Positions 41,540 to 51,761 are shown, numbered from the stretch's first letter. The stretch: 64,000 nt of DNA from Candidatus Babeliales bacterium (GCA_050179755.1 JBFXEV010000001.1:105994-169993); one strand, 5' to 3'. Translations and numbers: made by a program. The notes: generated by a model not told the origin, from the letters alone.

Positions 41540-42523
41540 ATGATTCATAGATTCTTAAGCTGGTTTTACCTTAAACTGCTCTCATTTATACATATTCAAT
41601 TATTCGTTTCAATTGTTTCTTTGCCAATATTAATATCGTGGGGACTTCCTGTTTCCACGCTCGCACCACTTGGCAACTTTATATTTGGTCCTTTTCTAAC
41701 ATTATTTTTGGGTATTTCGTGCATTATTTTTTTTACAGAACTTTGTTATATACCTAATGGCATCTTTATATGGTGTTTAGAACAGATTACTCAACTCTGG
41801 CTTTATTTATTATCCCATGCCAGCAGCACGTGGCTTTTAAGTTTTAAAACGCCATCACCTTGGTTTTTTGTAGCGTTACTTCTAGCAACGATTGCCATTG
41901 TTTATCACAAAAAGCTCCAATCCTTGCACACAAGCTCCTTCTGCTTTGCCTTCTTGCTCGGCATTGCATATCTTTATTTAGTCTTTTTAAATGTACCAAA
42001 ATATGCTATCGCACCAATTCCCTGCAACAATGCGCACATAACCATTATTAAAACACCAAAATCATTTTCTATTATCGATCCAGGCATTATTGGCAGGCGC
42101 ATTTCAGCTCCCTCTTGGATAGAATACTCTTTGCTTCCTACACTTCGATCACAGTACGGCATACAAACAATTGATAACATAGTACTTCTTGCACCGGGCA
42201 TAGTACTATTTGATGCAATCACAGAACTGATTCGTATTATGCCAATCAAAAATATCTATGTGCCGTTGTGGCAAGGTGAAAGTCCGCTAGGCCTTACTAG
42301 TGCTTACAAAAAAATGAAAGATGCCGCAACACGTCATGGCATTAAAATTCATCGCATAGGAAAAAAATCTCAAGAACTAATTCTTGATAATGAAAGTACC
42401 CTTTCTATTATGCCGCTCGACGCGCAGTGCACTTACCGTACAATAAAATATTCTGCCATTAAAATTATAGGGCAGTTGCCAGAAGATACTATTACGCTGT
42501 ATTCTAGTAAGTACATAACTTAA
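41540..42523 (+). CDS. Truncated ComEC-like protein
   Basis: LPILI..S.LAPLGN..F.P membrane motif, then IIDPG and GIQTIDNIVL of the MBL-like domain without the metal motif. Confidence 0.55.
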   Translation: MIHRFLSWFYLKLLSFIHIQLFVSIVSLPILISWGLPVSTLAPLGNFIFGPFLTLFLGISCIIFFTELCYIPNGIFIWCLEQITQLWLYLLSHASSTWLLSFKTPSPWFFVALLLATIAIVYHKKLQSLHTSSFCFAFLLGIAYLYLVFLNVPKYAIAPIPCNNAHITIIKTPKSFSIIDPGIIGRRISAPSWIEYSLLPTLRSQYGIQTIDNIVLLAPGIVLFDAITELIRIMPIKNIYVPLWQGESPLGLTSAYKKMKDAATRHGIKIHRIGKKSQELILDNESTLSIMPLDAQCTYRTIKYSAIKIIGQLPEDTITLYSSKYIT

Positions 42524-42536
42524 AAAGGATATTACC

Positions 42537-43097
42537 ATGGCTGGATCATTATCTGGTAAAAAAATAGTATTGGTGATCGCAAGTGAAGGTTATCACCCCG
42601 TAGAATATGGCGTAACAAAAGAGAACTTGCGCAAAGAAGGCGCTATAATTACTACCGCAAGTGATAAACCAGGCGGTGCAGTGGCAAAAGATAATTCCAC
42701 AACGCCAGTTGATATAACTCTTGATGCACTAGATGCCAAAAACTACGATGGAATCTTTTTTATTGGTGGCCCTGGCACACTCAAATGCCTTGATAATCCA
42801 ACAAGCTATCATATTATAAGCCAAGCCAAAAAACATAACGTGCCCTATGGCGCCATTTGTATTGCCACACGAATTCTTGCAAAAGCTTACGGCCTCCAAG
42901 ATAAACGCGCCACTGGCTGGAACGAAGATCTTGAACTTAACGTACTCTACCCAAGCTTTGGTGCTACCTTAGTAGAAAGACATCCGGTTATCATCGATGA
43001 ACGCGTGGTAACTGCGGTGGGCCCCGCAGCCGCAGATGAATTTGCAAAAGCAATACGTCAAGTTGTTATTGAAAAGGAATTATCTTCTGAAGAATAA
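42537..43097 (+). CDS. DJ-1/PfpI family protein
   Basis: VEY, YDGIFFIGGPG, GAIC, VTAVGP. Confidence 0.92.
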   Translation: MAGSLSGKKIVLVIASEGYHPVEYGVTKENLRKEGAIITTASDKPGGAVAKDNSTTPVDITLDALDAKNYDGIFFIGGPGTLKCLDNPTSYHIISQAKKHNVPYGAICIATRILAKAYGLQDKRATGWNEDLELNVLYPSFGATLVERHPVIIDERVVTAVGPAAADEFAKAIRQVVIEKELSSEE

Positions 43098-43129
43098 AAA
43101 GGGTTTTTAGTTCTCAAGAAAGGAACGCA

Positions 43130-43426
43130 ATGCCTACTGTTATAAGCATTAGAAAAATTAATCAAGCAAACACTAAACATGTGTATGAAGTCACAGCTGA
43201 GCAAGTAAAGCCATTTTACATCACCATTGATCCTGAACCACGGCACATTAGCTATTATACCGATAAAAAATTAAATAAGCTGGTCACTATCATTGATTTA
43301 AACGAAGAGAACAAATTACTCTTTAAAAGCATTCATAAGCATACTGCGCTACTAACACTTTGCTGCGCACGTAAAGCCATAAAAAATAATCTATTTCCAG
43401 AAGTTTTAGACTACTGTTCCGGATAA
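43130..43426 (+). CDS. Hypothetical protein
   Basis: AAGGAA SD, operon-like spacing. Confidence 0.6.
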   Translation: MPTVISIRKINQANTKHVYEVTAEQVKPFYITIDPEPRHISYYTDKKLNKLVTIIDLNEENKLLFKSIHKHTALLTLCCARKAIKNNLFPEVLDYCSG

Positions 43427-43433
43427 AAATACT

Positions 43434-43829
43434 ATGAAAATAAAAATATCTCGTATTCTCTGGATTGCTAGTATGCTAATTGTGAGCAACGTATGCTATA
43501 CAATGAATCAAGAACCAGTAGCCGCAGCTCCTCTTGGCGCACTCTTAAGAAATGGTGCTCGTGCTCGTCTAGATACAATAGTTTTCACCCACCTCAATGT
43601 AGTCCTAGCATTACGCGGCAATGATGGCAAAGGAGGCTTTGCCATCATTGAATTAGTGCAAAACTGCAGAAACGAAGCATCGCCTATCTCTCAAAAATCT
43701 GGGGAACATTTGCTACTTTATGGACTTGTTGATGCAACTCATAAACCATTACCAGAGCTCAAAGATATAATTGTATCAATGGCTATTGGTAACGGCTTAG
43801 AAATGAAAATTGTATCTCCTATCAAGTAA
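43434..43829 (+). CDS. Exported hypothetical protein
   Basis: Signal peptide CYT-MN. Confidence 0.7.
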   Translation: MKIKISRILWIASMLIVSNVCYTMNQEPVAAAPLGALLRNGARARLDTIVFTHLNVVLALRGNDGKGGFAIIELVQNCRNEASPISQKSGEHLLLYGLVDATHKPLPELKDIIVSMAIGNGLEMKIVSPIK

Positions 43830-43835
43830 AGCGCT

Positions 43836-43988
43836 ATGCCCGCAGGGCGTAGTATTGTGCGAATAAGACATGGCCTGCTTAATCAAAATCAAGTTCCTTA
43901 TGAAGAACAAAGAAATATCATACTTTCTATGATCCGCAAACAAAACGGTAAAATGCTTATAAGCACTTCTATCAAAACAGAAAACTAA
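43836..43988 (+). pseudogene. 3' remnant of a paralog of 43434..43829
   Basis: HGLLNQNQVPYEEQRNIILSMIRKQNGKMLISTSIK aligns without gaps to YGLVDATHKPLPELKDIIVSMAIGNGLEMKIVSPIK. Confidence 0.65.
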
Positions 43989-44609
43989 TTAAACAATCAG
44001 CGCTGCTCGTGCAGGCACACCATCAATGCCAAGAACATTCAATGGCAAACAGCAAAGTTCATAATAACCAGGCGGCACATGCGCAAGCCGTAATCCTTCA
44101 ATAATTACCACATTACCTTCAAGCAACAAAATATGCGTTTCATGCTCTGGCTGGTTACGTTCAATGCCCAAATAATCAATACCAATGCAAGCAATTTTAA
44201 GATCAGCAAGATAACGTGCTGCATCTTTATGCACACATATAAATTGAGGGTCAAAAGGATCAGTGGGAGATCGCAGACTATTTTTTGTTTTTACAAGAAT
44301 GCGCTCACTAGCTTTTATCTCACACTGTTTAAGATCATTTTGTGTAATGCATTCTGTCACGTGAGTAAGATCAAGCACCCTGCACGGCCCTATGAGTGCT
44401 TCTAACGATAGTGTCTCGCTTGAGCCACCATTCATGACAAAGTGAGAAGGCGCATCAACATGCGTGCCGGTATGATTATGCATCGAGAGCATAGTTTCTC
44501 GCACACCATCACAATCAAATTGTTTTAAAGACTCGATTTTGACTGTTCTACGATCTTTATATTCGGTCATCTGTGGCGTAATTGGCCAACTTATATCGAT
44601 AATGTTCAT
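43989..44609 (-). CDS. Cyclase-family metal-dependent hydrolase (KynB-like)
   Basis: HTGTHVDAPSHF, IGIDYLGI, IIEGL, DGVPARA. Confidence 0.9.
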   Translation of the reverse strand: MNIIDISWPITPQMTEYKDRRTVKIESLKQFDCDGVRETMLSMHNHTGTHVDAPSHFVMNGGSSETLSLEALIGPCRVLDLTHVTECITQNDLKQCEIKASERILVKTKNSLRSPTDPFDPQFICVHKDAARYLADLKIACIGIDYLGIERNQPEHETHILLLEGNVVIIEGLRLAHVPPGYYELCCLPLNVLGIDGVPARAALIV

Positions 44610-44640
44610 TACTCAATCTTCTTGATTGCGTGTCCACCAC

Positions 44641-44666
44641 CCGCCTTCGCTAAAGCTATGGCGTGG
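44641..44666. repeat. REP-like palindrome
   Basis: CCGCCTTCGCTAAAGCTATGGCGTGG; related to 62063..62090. Confidence 0.5.
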
Positions 44667-44670
44667 TTTA

Positions 44671-45573
44671 TTACTCTGATTTCTCAAACTTAACACTATG
44701 CCCTCCAAATTGATTGCGCAACATCGCAACCACTTTAGTCCCAAAATTACCACCAGTTTCTCTTGATTGCTTGCGAATGTCTAAAGCGTCTTCAATTAGT
44801 TTTACTGAAATATGTTGCTTATGTGCCTCTTGCACTGTCCATAATCCCATGCCACTTTCTGCAACTTCACCACTAATACCCTCAAGATTTTGATCTTCTT
44901 TAAAAATGTTTTCAATAAGTTCAAGCAAATATGATCTAATTACGCCACCATTGTTCCAAACTCTGCAAATTTTTGCAAGATCCAACTCTTTATACTCACC
45001 ATTTTTTAATAGATCAAAACCTTCACCATACGCTTGCATGAGTGCATACTCTATGCCATTATGCACCATTTTTACGTAATGCCCTGCACCAGATTCGCCC
45101 ATATACCCATAACCGTCTTTATGGGCAATCGCTTTAAAAAGTGGTTCATACAATTTAAACACCGATTCTTGACCACCAATCATAAGAGAAAAGCCAATCT
45201 CGCGCCCTTTAAGGCCGCCCGAAGTGCCGCAATCCAAAAAATGCATACCATGTTCTTGTAGTGATCGAGATCGGCACACCGTATCATGAAAATTACTATT
45301 ACCGCCATCAATAATAGTGTCGCCTTTGTGCATATCAGGTAACATTGATTCAATTACTTGATCAATCGGCGCACCAGCTGGAATCATTAACCACGTAACA
45401 CGCACGTGCTCAGGTAACTGACTTGCCGTTAGTACCGTGCGTGCGCCAAGTTGCTCAGCTTCTTTGCGCAATGTTTCATTTCTATCAAAAGCAACCACGT
45501 CATAACCTGCTTTTAAAACGCGCTCGGTAATTGCCATGCCCATTCTACCCAAACCTACAATACCCAATTTCAC
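44671..45573 (-). CDS. gnd: 6-phosphogluconate dehydrogenase, short type
   Basis: GLGRMG, DGGNS, GTSGG, GHYVKMVHNGIEY, RNQFGGH; GTG start with GAGGTG SD overlapping the zwf stop. Confidence 0.95.
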   Translation of the reverse strand: MKLGIVGLGRMGMAITERVLKAGYDVVAFDRNETLRKEAEQLGARTVLTASQLPEHVRVTWLMIPAGAPIDQVIESMLPDMHKGDTIIDGGNSNFHDTVCRSRSLQEHGMHFLDCGTSGGLKGREIGFSLMIGGQESVFKLYEPLFKAIAHKDGYGYMGESGAGHYVKMVHNGIEYALMQAYGEGFDLLKNGEYKELDLAKICRVWNNGGVIRSYLLELIENIFKEDQNLEGISGEVAESGMGLWTVQEAHKQHISVKLIEDALDIRKQSRETGGNFGTKVVAMLRNQFGGHSVKFEKSE

Positions 45574-46964
45574 TGCAACCACCTCACATTATTTTGTTTT
45601 AAAAATGCTAACGCTTCTTTGGGGCCAGTACTGCCCTGCTCATATTCATAAACTGGCAAATTAAGTGCTTCCACGCATTCAATTATGCGCCAAGATTGTT
45701 CAATTTCATCAAAGCGCACTGATATTGCCTGATCGCCATTAAAAATTGATTCTAACAAAATTTCATAAGCTTCTGGCGTTTTTGAACCAAATTCCTCTAT
45801 ATGAGAAAATTTCATTTTCACCGGCACCACTCCCGGCGCGCGTCCTCGCGGTTTTACATTAAGATCAAGTGCAAATGATGCCTCTGGTTCCACACGAATA
45901 ACCAAACAATTGGAAGGACATTCTTTGCCCGCAATAAGCGGGCATACGATATCTTTAAACTTGATAGTAATAATCGTTATTTTTTCTTGCAATCGTTTGC
46001 CGCTCTCAATATAAAAAGGTACACCTTTCCACCGATTAGTATCTACAAACATACGCAATAACGCAAACGTAGCCGTTTTGGAATTGGGAGCTACTTCATT
46101 TTCAGTTTTATACCCTGCATATTGCCCGAGAACGCCCGTATCGCAACGCACTTTTTGAAGTACTTCTTCTTTTTTATCGCGAATATATTCGCCGGTTAAT
46201 TCAAAAGGACTTTCCATAGCAATAAGTGCAAGTAATTGAAGTATATGATTTTGCACTACGTCTTTTAATACGCCATAACTATCATAATATCTACCACGCC
46301 CTTCAAGACCAAGCGATTCACACAACCTAATCTGCACGCTGTCTACATATTTGGCATTCCAAAGCGGCTCAAAGATAATATTAGTAAAGCGCACTAATGC
46401 AATATTACTCACCAGCTCTTTGGTTAAATAATGGTCTATGCGAAATACTTGGCGCTCATTAAGATACTTGGCAATGCAAGCATTGATCTCTTGAGCTGAT
46501 TGCATACTTTTGCCAAACGGTTTTTCATATACCACTCTATGCCATACTTTGGCATCTGGCGCATCTTTAACAATTATTTTTGCGTTCCCTAAGCTATGTG
46601 TGATAGTACAAAAAAAATCGGCAGGCGTTGCCAAATATACCAGCCTATTACCAGAAAGACCGTGTTTTTTTTCAGAAAGCTCAACAAGCTGTTTCAGTTT
46701 TGCATAACCAGACGGCTCATTAAAATCTAATGATTGATAATAGGTATGATCCATTAGCTGCTGCCACAATTTTTGATCAAAGTTATCAATAAACTCCCGC
46801 GCTGCATCAAGCATTTTTGCTGGTGTAACATCAGAAGATGCCGCACCAACAAGCACAAAGTTGCTCAGCTTTTTATCTTCAAGCAATTTATATATGGCAG
46901 GAATTAATTTTCGCTTGGCTAAATCACCGGTAGCACCAAGCACCAACAGTGTACAATTATTCAT
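45570..46964 (-). CDS. zwf: Glucose-6-phosphate 1-dehydrogenase
   Basis: GATGDLAKRKL, EKPFG, RIDHYL.KE, DVVQNH. Confidence 0.95.
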   Translation of the reverse strand: MNNCTLLVLGATGDLAKRKLIPAIYKLLEDKKLSNFVLVGAASSDVTPAKMLDAAREFIDNFDQKLWQQLMDHTYYQSLDFNEPSGYAKLKQLVELSEKKHGLSGNRLVYLATPADFFCTITHSLGNAKIIVKDAPDAKVWHRVVYEKPFGKSMQSAQEINACIAKYLNERQVFRIDHYLTKELVSNIALVRFTNIIFEPLWNAKYVDSVQIRLCESLGLEGRGRYYDSYGVLKDVVQNHILQLLALIAMESPFELTGEYIRDKKEEVLQKVRCDTGVLGQYAGYKTENEVAPNSKTATFALLRMFVDTNRWKGVPFYIESGKRLQEKITIITIKFKDIVCPLIAGKECPSNCLVIRVEPEASFALDLNVKPRGRAPGVVPVKMKFSHIEEFGSKTPEAYEILLESIFNGDQAISVRFDEIEQSWRIIECVEALNLPVYEYEQGSTGPKEALAFLKQNNVRWLQ

Positions 46965-48276
46965 GAGCAAGAATCTTTCTTGTTTGTTCTTTATACAATT
47001 CTACATGTGGCTGATCAAAAGGATTGACATGTAGTAAAAAGCCAAGATACATCATTTCAATCATATACATTTCAAGCACTTGACCTACATAATACGCACT
47101 TAATTGCGGAATTACTAATTCCAGATATGGCCGCGCCTCTTTAGCATATGCTGCAAGCACGCCATCAAACATAGCTGCCATAAGTGTTGAAAACTTTTTA
47201 TTCTGAATATGCGGCACTAATTTCTCATATTCTGGCAATGCTGGCACACAAACTGCGTGTGCAGAATCGGTAGCACGTGCAAAAGTAATAAGTCTGTCTG
47301 ATGGACCTCCAAGATATAATTGCCCTACCGAATGCAAATCAGTAGTGCCACAAGATGCCGTTGGCGTGATGCCCACATGCACTTCTTTGCCACCATGCGT
47401 CGCTGTTTTGCCTAAGCTTTCCCCCATTAATTGGCGATACCATTGCGCTATGCCGTAGAGTGATTGCCCAAACACAAAAAAATCATGCTGCCTAATGCCC
47501 TGCTCGTAATACAGATATTTTATTATAGCGCTCAATGCCGCCTGATTTTCATGAACATTTTCTTGTGTTGCTGTATCAACCATATCGCGCGCACCGCGCA
47601 TGAGTGCAGCAGTATCAATGCCTAGTAAACCCAAGGGGAACAAGCCCACGCTTGAAAGCACTGAATATCTGCCTCCTACTTTTTCTGGAATTTCAAGGCA
47701 AGTAAATCCTTCTTGCTGTGCCACGTGCCATAATTTTGATTGATAATTTGTGGTGACTACAATAGATTTTTTATATTCAAAAGGATTAAACTTTTTAAGC
47801 AATTCTAGAAACAGCATAAAATTAGCTATAGTTTCTGTGGTAGTCCCGGACTTGGTTACTACATTCAAAATAATTTGTTCTTTGCATTGTAATGCATTTT
47901 TGACCAGTTCTTGCAAGGTATAGACATACTCACTATCAACCGATTCCAAGAAATATACTTTGAGTTCCGGACTTGTTTGATTATAGAGCACACCTTGCAA
48001 TGCTTGATGCACAGCGAGCGTACCTAAATTTGAGCCCCCAATGCCAATCACCACAAGTATTGTTGGTTTTAATGCTTTCTTTTCGTTGATAACGCGATGG
48101 ATAGCATCATAACGTTCTTGATCAGAAGGAAGGTTAATTGACGAATAATCAGTAGTATACTGCGTTGTACGCGCTGCTTGGATGCGCTTTATTTCTGGGT
48201 GAAGCTTTCTTGCTATACGCTCGATATCAGTTTCTTTAACACGCGAGCCTTTGATGTTAATTGAAAGTTGTTTCAT
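46957..48276 (-). CDS. pgi: Glucose-6-phosphate isomerase
   Basis: GIGGSNLG, KSGTTTET, VGGRYS, QLMGESLGK, DLHS.GQ, NPFDQP.VE.YK. Confidence 0.95.
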   Translation of the reverse strand: MKQLSINIKGSRVKETDIERIARKLHPEIKRIQAARTTQYTTDYSSINLPSDQERYDAIHRVINEKKALKPTILVVIGIGGSNLGTLAVHQALQGVLYNQTSPELKVYFLESVDSEYVYTLQELVKNALQCKEQIILNVVTKSGTTTETIANFMLFLELLKKFNPFEYKKSIVVTTNYQSKLWHVAQQEGFTCLEIPEKVGGRYSVLSSVGLFPLGLLGIDTAALMRGARDMVDTATQENVHENQAALSAIIKYLYYEQGIRQHDFFVFGQSLYGIAQWYRQLMGESLGKTATHGGKEVHVGITPTASCGTTDLHSVGQLYLGGPSDRLITFARATDSAHAVCVPALPEYEKLVPHIQNKKFSTLMAAMFDGVLAAYAKEARPYLELVIPQLSAYYVGQVLEMYMIEMMYLGFLLHVNPFDQPHVELYKEQTRKILAHE

Positions 48277-48496
48277 TAAAGACTAACTCCCTTTTAATGA
48301 TTATTACTATGAATGTATCCATTGTAGCACGTAATAACTTTAAAACGGAATAGGGATGTAAAATAAACCTAACTTTAAAATATTTATGGGAAATTGACAG
48401 AAAAGCATAAACAACCATTTGACATATACAAATTGCTCATTAGTTTAAGAGTTAAAACAGTATCAAGTAACCTGTTCAATATCTTAAGGAGAATAC

Positions 48497-50788
48497 ATGA
48501 GCAAATATTTCAAACCACAACACATATTACTCGGTCTTATTGCGTCTTTTGCATCAACCATCAAAAGCGAGCACGCATGCGCACCCTTAGTTTGTGCAAG
48601 TGTAGTAAAGGCAGGTAAAGTAATAACTGACCAACTGATTGTCACTAATCCTACCATTGATGGCTGTGCAGTGCATACAATCACTCAGGCTGATTTTTTG
48701 CAAAATGGCACCTTAAGTAAAACCCTAATAATAACTGAACCAGGCTACTATAAATTTTGTGAAAACATAGATTTTGTAGCGCTTACACAATTTGGTGCAG
48801 CGGTTATCATTGACACTGACGATATGGTTCTTGATTTGAATGGAAAGGTATTAAACCAAGCAAATAGTCCTACTATTAGTACTAGAACCTCACACAGAGT
48901 TCCTGGTGTTCCTAGTTCAATTACGGGCATTATAGTCAACACTGGTCATAATAATGTAACAATCCTAGGCAACTATGGAGCAGTAACTAACTTCTCACAA
49001 CGTGGCATTTACGTGCAAGGTGGCAATAATAATATAACTATTGGAAATGACACACAACTGCTTATTACCGGTTGCGGCCATGGCACCCCCGTGAGCTTTG
49101 TTGATCAGACTAATAGTGGCGAGCAAGCAGTATTACAAGCTGGCTTACAAGTAGGAGAAATGCAATTCTTAACACCGTTCGGCTTTGAACCATCAAATGG
49201 TTTACTTAAAGGGCTCTCAGTAAGAAATGTTATTTTATCCGAGAACAATGCAGGATGTGCATTGGGTGATGGTTCAAACTACTTCTTTAACGATTGCACT
49301 ATGTCATTCAATAGAGATACGCGACCAGTATGGCCAACTATCGGATATGGCTATTTTGGTTCAACTTTGGGAGCTGTCGTTTGCTACGGATTGGCTTATT
49401 TTTCTAATCCCGATGGTTTGGGAATTGAAACACTTCAATTTGATAACTGTGACTTCAACTCAAATGTAGCTGATGCATCGATTGATCCTGAAACTTTTTC
49501 TGCGTATTGCGATAGCTTTAACGTTGCCGTCAATTTTTCTAACTTAAAAATATCCAATTGCCGTTTTAATAATAACAATGCAAAATTACAGCAAAGAACG
49601 GATGTTACTCAATTCAATCAAACACGTGGTTGTGTAATCGGGGGTGGCACGGACATACTTCTGCAAGATTCAGAATTCTCAAACAACCTAGGTGGTGGCT
49701 TAGTTGATGGATTAAACATCAGCGGTAAAATTCCTGTAAATAGCACCGCACAAGTCATTTCTCAACCAAAATCATTCACTATTAGAAACTGCATATTCTC
49801 AAACAATAAAGCAAGCACCAATGGTGCCGTTATTGCAAATCCGGGAACTGCTGGATCAGGCAGCCAGGGAGCAATTGGCCAAAAAGCACTTGATGTCGTA
49901 GGTTGCGTTATCAGATTCCCTCATGGCCTTTCTATGATTGATTGTGTAATTGAAGATAACACTGCCGAAATTCTTTCTACAGAAACTGATTACTTAGTAT
50001 ATACTGATGGAATCTTACTATTTGCAGATAATAATTTCCCTGATAGCCCAACAAACAACGTGGAAATTCGTGGCGCTAAAATATCCCGTAACAGAAATAA
50101 TGGGGTACAAGGCACCTCCGCAGGGATAACTACATTAGATGGTCTTTGTGAAAATATTACTATCGTCGATTCGGTAATTACTGAAAACAGCTTCCCTAAT
50201 TATCAACCAAATTTCTTTGCGGCTGGTATTGATATTACTGGGATGACGCGAACACGCCCATCATTAGTATCAGTTATTAATTGTATTATTAATAATCATG
50301 CATCGGCAGGTATCTTCACCTCATTACAACAAACCAATATTCAAGGCAATACCATTTCATTTAATACGTGGGGTGTAATATTAGGCTCATTCCAAGAAGA
50401 AGATGGTGGACCTATCGGTTATCCAATCGGCTCAAGCGTTCTTAATAATACGTTTTTAGGTAATGGCACAGCAGTTGAGGATCAACCAAGCCAAGCACTA
50501 CCACCAGTATATAGCACCTCTCTTGTATCTAACAATCTAGCCTTTAATAATGAGCTAGGATACTTGGTGACCTATGAAGGCGATGTTTCTGTGCCAGTTG
50601 AATTTGGTACATTATCAGCATTTCCACCATACCCGCCATCAGTATTAGCTTCAAACATTGAAATTGTTCCAAATCCTGCAAACCAATTCATTAGTGCAAT
50701 TAGTTCACAAGATGCTTGTAAGGCTAAAAACGAAATTCAAGCATGCACTGGTACAAATAAAACCAAGAAAGCAAGAAGAAGCAAATAA
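48497..50788 (+). CDS. Exported right-handed beta-helix (pectin-lyase-like) repeat protein
   Basis: AGGAG SD; IITEPGYY, LDLNG, recurring NC.FSNN / I.NC repeats; Asn/Gly-rich. Confidence 0.8.
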   Translation: MSKYFKPQHILLGLIASFASTIKSEHACAPLVCASVVKAGKVITDQLIVTNPTIDGCAVHTITQADFLQNGTLSKTLIITEPGYYKFCENIDFVALTQFGAAVIIDTDDMVLDLNGKVLNQANSPTISTRTSHRVPGVPSSITGIIVNTGHNNVTILGNYGAVTNFSQRGIYVQGGNNNITIGNDTQLLITGCGHGTPVSFVDQTNSGEQAVLQAGLQVGEMQFLTPFGFEPSNGLLKGLSVRNVILSENNAGCALGDGSNYFFNDCTMSFNRDTRPVWPTIGYGYFGSTLGAVVCYGLAYFSNPDGLGIETLQFDNCDFNSNVADASIDPETFSAYCDSFNVAVNFSNLKISNCRFNNNNAKLQQRTDVTQFNQTRGCVIGGGTDILLQDSEFSNNLGGGLVDGLNISGKIPVNSTAQVISQPKSFTIRNCIFSNNKASTNGAVIANPGTAGSGSQGAIGQKALDVVGCVIRFPHGLSMIDCVIEDNTAEILSTETDYLVYTDGILLFADNNFPDSPTNNVEIRGAKISRNRNNGVQGTSAGITTLDGLCENITIVDSVITENSFPNYQPNFFAAGIDITGMTRTRPSLVSVINCIINNHASAGIFTSLQQTNIQGNTISFNTWGVILGSFQEEDGGPIGYPIGSSVLNNTFLGNGTAVEDQPSQALPPVYSTSLVSNNLAFNNELGYLVTYEGDVSVPVEFGTLSAFPPYPPSVLASNIEIVPNPANQFISAISSQDACKAKNEIQACTGTNKTKKARRSK

Positions 50789-50811
50789 TTTAATAACGTA
50801 ATAATGGCAAA

Positions 50812-50853
50812 AATGTGGTAGGTGGAGCGCAATCGCACTGCACCTACCACATT
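50812..50853. terminator. Strong stem-loop after the beta-helix gene
   Basis: Perfect 13-bp stem AATGTGGTAGGTG / CACCTACCACATT; no U-tract. Confidence 0.55.
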
Positions 50854-50898
50854 AGCTACGCGATTCACACTGCCAATAGCATAAAGGGTCCTTAGGAA

Positions 50899-51145
50899 GT
50901 GAATAAGAATACGCAAGCAATACTCTTCTTGGCTGCAGTTTCTTTTTACGCACACAGCATGAATCAGCCTAATCATATAGAACCTCAAGCAGCTATCTAC
51001 AAAAAATGGTCAACCTCCAAACGAGTTACTCCACACGTATAAAATGTCCTAACGGTAACTATGTGATTGAGGAGACAGTAATCCTCTATATAAACCTATA
51101 CCGTGCTTGGCGAGCGGAAATTATACAAACTAGCAGAGCCAGGTA
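50899..51145 (+). pseudogene. Decayed exported-protein gene
   Basis: AGGAA SD + GTG, signal peptide MNKNTQAILFLAAVSFYAHS-MNQ, stop at 51042, open reading continues in a shifted frame. Confidence 0.5.
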
Positions 51146-51194
51146 AATATTGGCTATTCATCAAGGAGATATGACTATTAGGGTGACTAAATAA

Positions 51195-51761
51195 TTATCT
51201 TACAAGCTCATGGCACGGGCAATCAACATTCACAAGATCAACGGCTTTTTGGCCAAACGCATTTTCCATGTGACGATCTGCACCGGCCTTTAATAATCTC
51301 TCCACCACCGCCTGTAATCCAAAATTAGCTGCAAGCATAAGCGCTGATTGGCCACCAATATTTTGCGCATTCACGTTGGCGCCTTTTTCAATTAAAAGGT
51401 AAACCATTTGTTCAACTTGTGCAGCATCTTGATTATTTGCATACGATAATATTGCAGCGATGAGTGGCGTCATTTTTTGACGATCAGCAGCATTAGGATC
51501 AGCTCCTTTTTCAAGAAGTAACACAAAAAGTTCTATATGTGATTGAAGTGCTGCATTAATGAGAGGGGTTTTGCCCCCTACATCAATGCTATTTACCCCA
51601 ACTCCTTGAGATAGAAGTTCTTCAATTTTCTGTACATCACCTTTAAAAGCAGCATGCACAATAGCCGACGACTCATTGATCATCAAATCGCTTCGCTCAT
51701 TAACAGCCCCTGCAGAAGCTGGGATAATAAACCCAAGTAGTACTCCATAATGCTTCTTCAT
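51195..51761 (-). CDS. Exported ankyrin-repeat protein
   Basis: AGGAG SD before MKKHYG; GKTPLINAA, MTPLIAA, GQSALMLAA. Confidence 0.9.
   Translation of the reverse strand: MKKHYGVLLGFIIPASAGAVNERSDLMINESSAIVHAAFKGDVQKIEELLSQGVGVNSIDVGGKTPLINAALQSHIELFVLLLEKGADPNAADRQKMTPLIAAILSYANNQDAAQVEQMVYLLIEKGANVNAQNIGGQSALMLAANFGLQAVVERLLKAGADRHMENAFGQKAVDLVNVDCPCHELVR

Noticed and set aside
43989..44609. Gene symbol kynB
   Set aside because: Family is clear, but no kynurenine-pathway neighbours are present; context points to the pentose phosphate pathway
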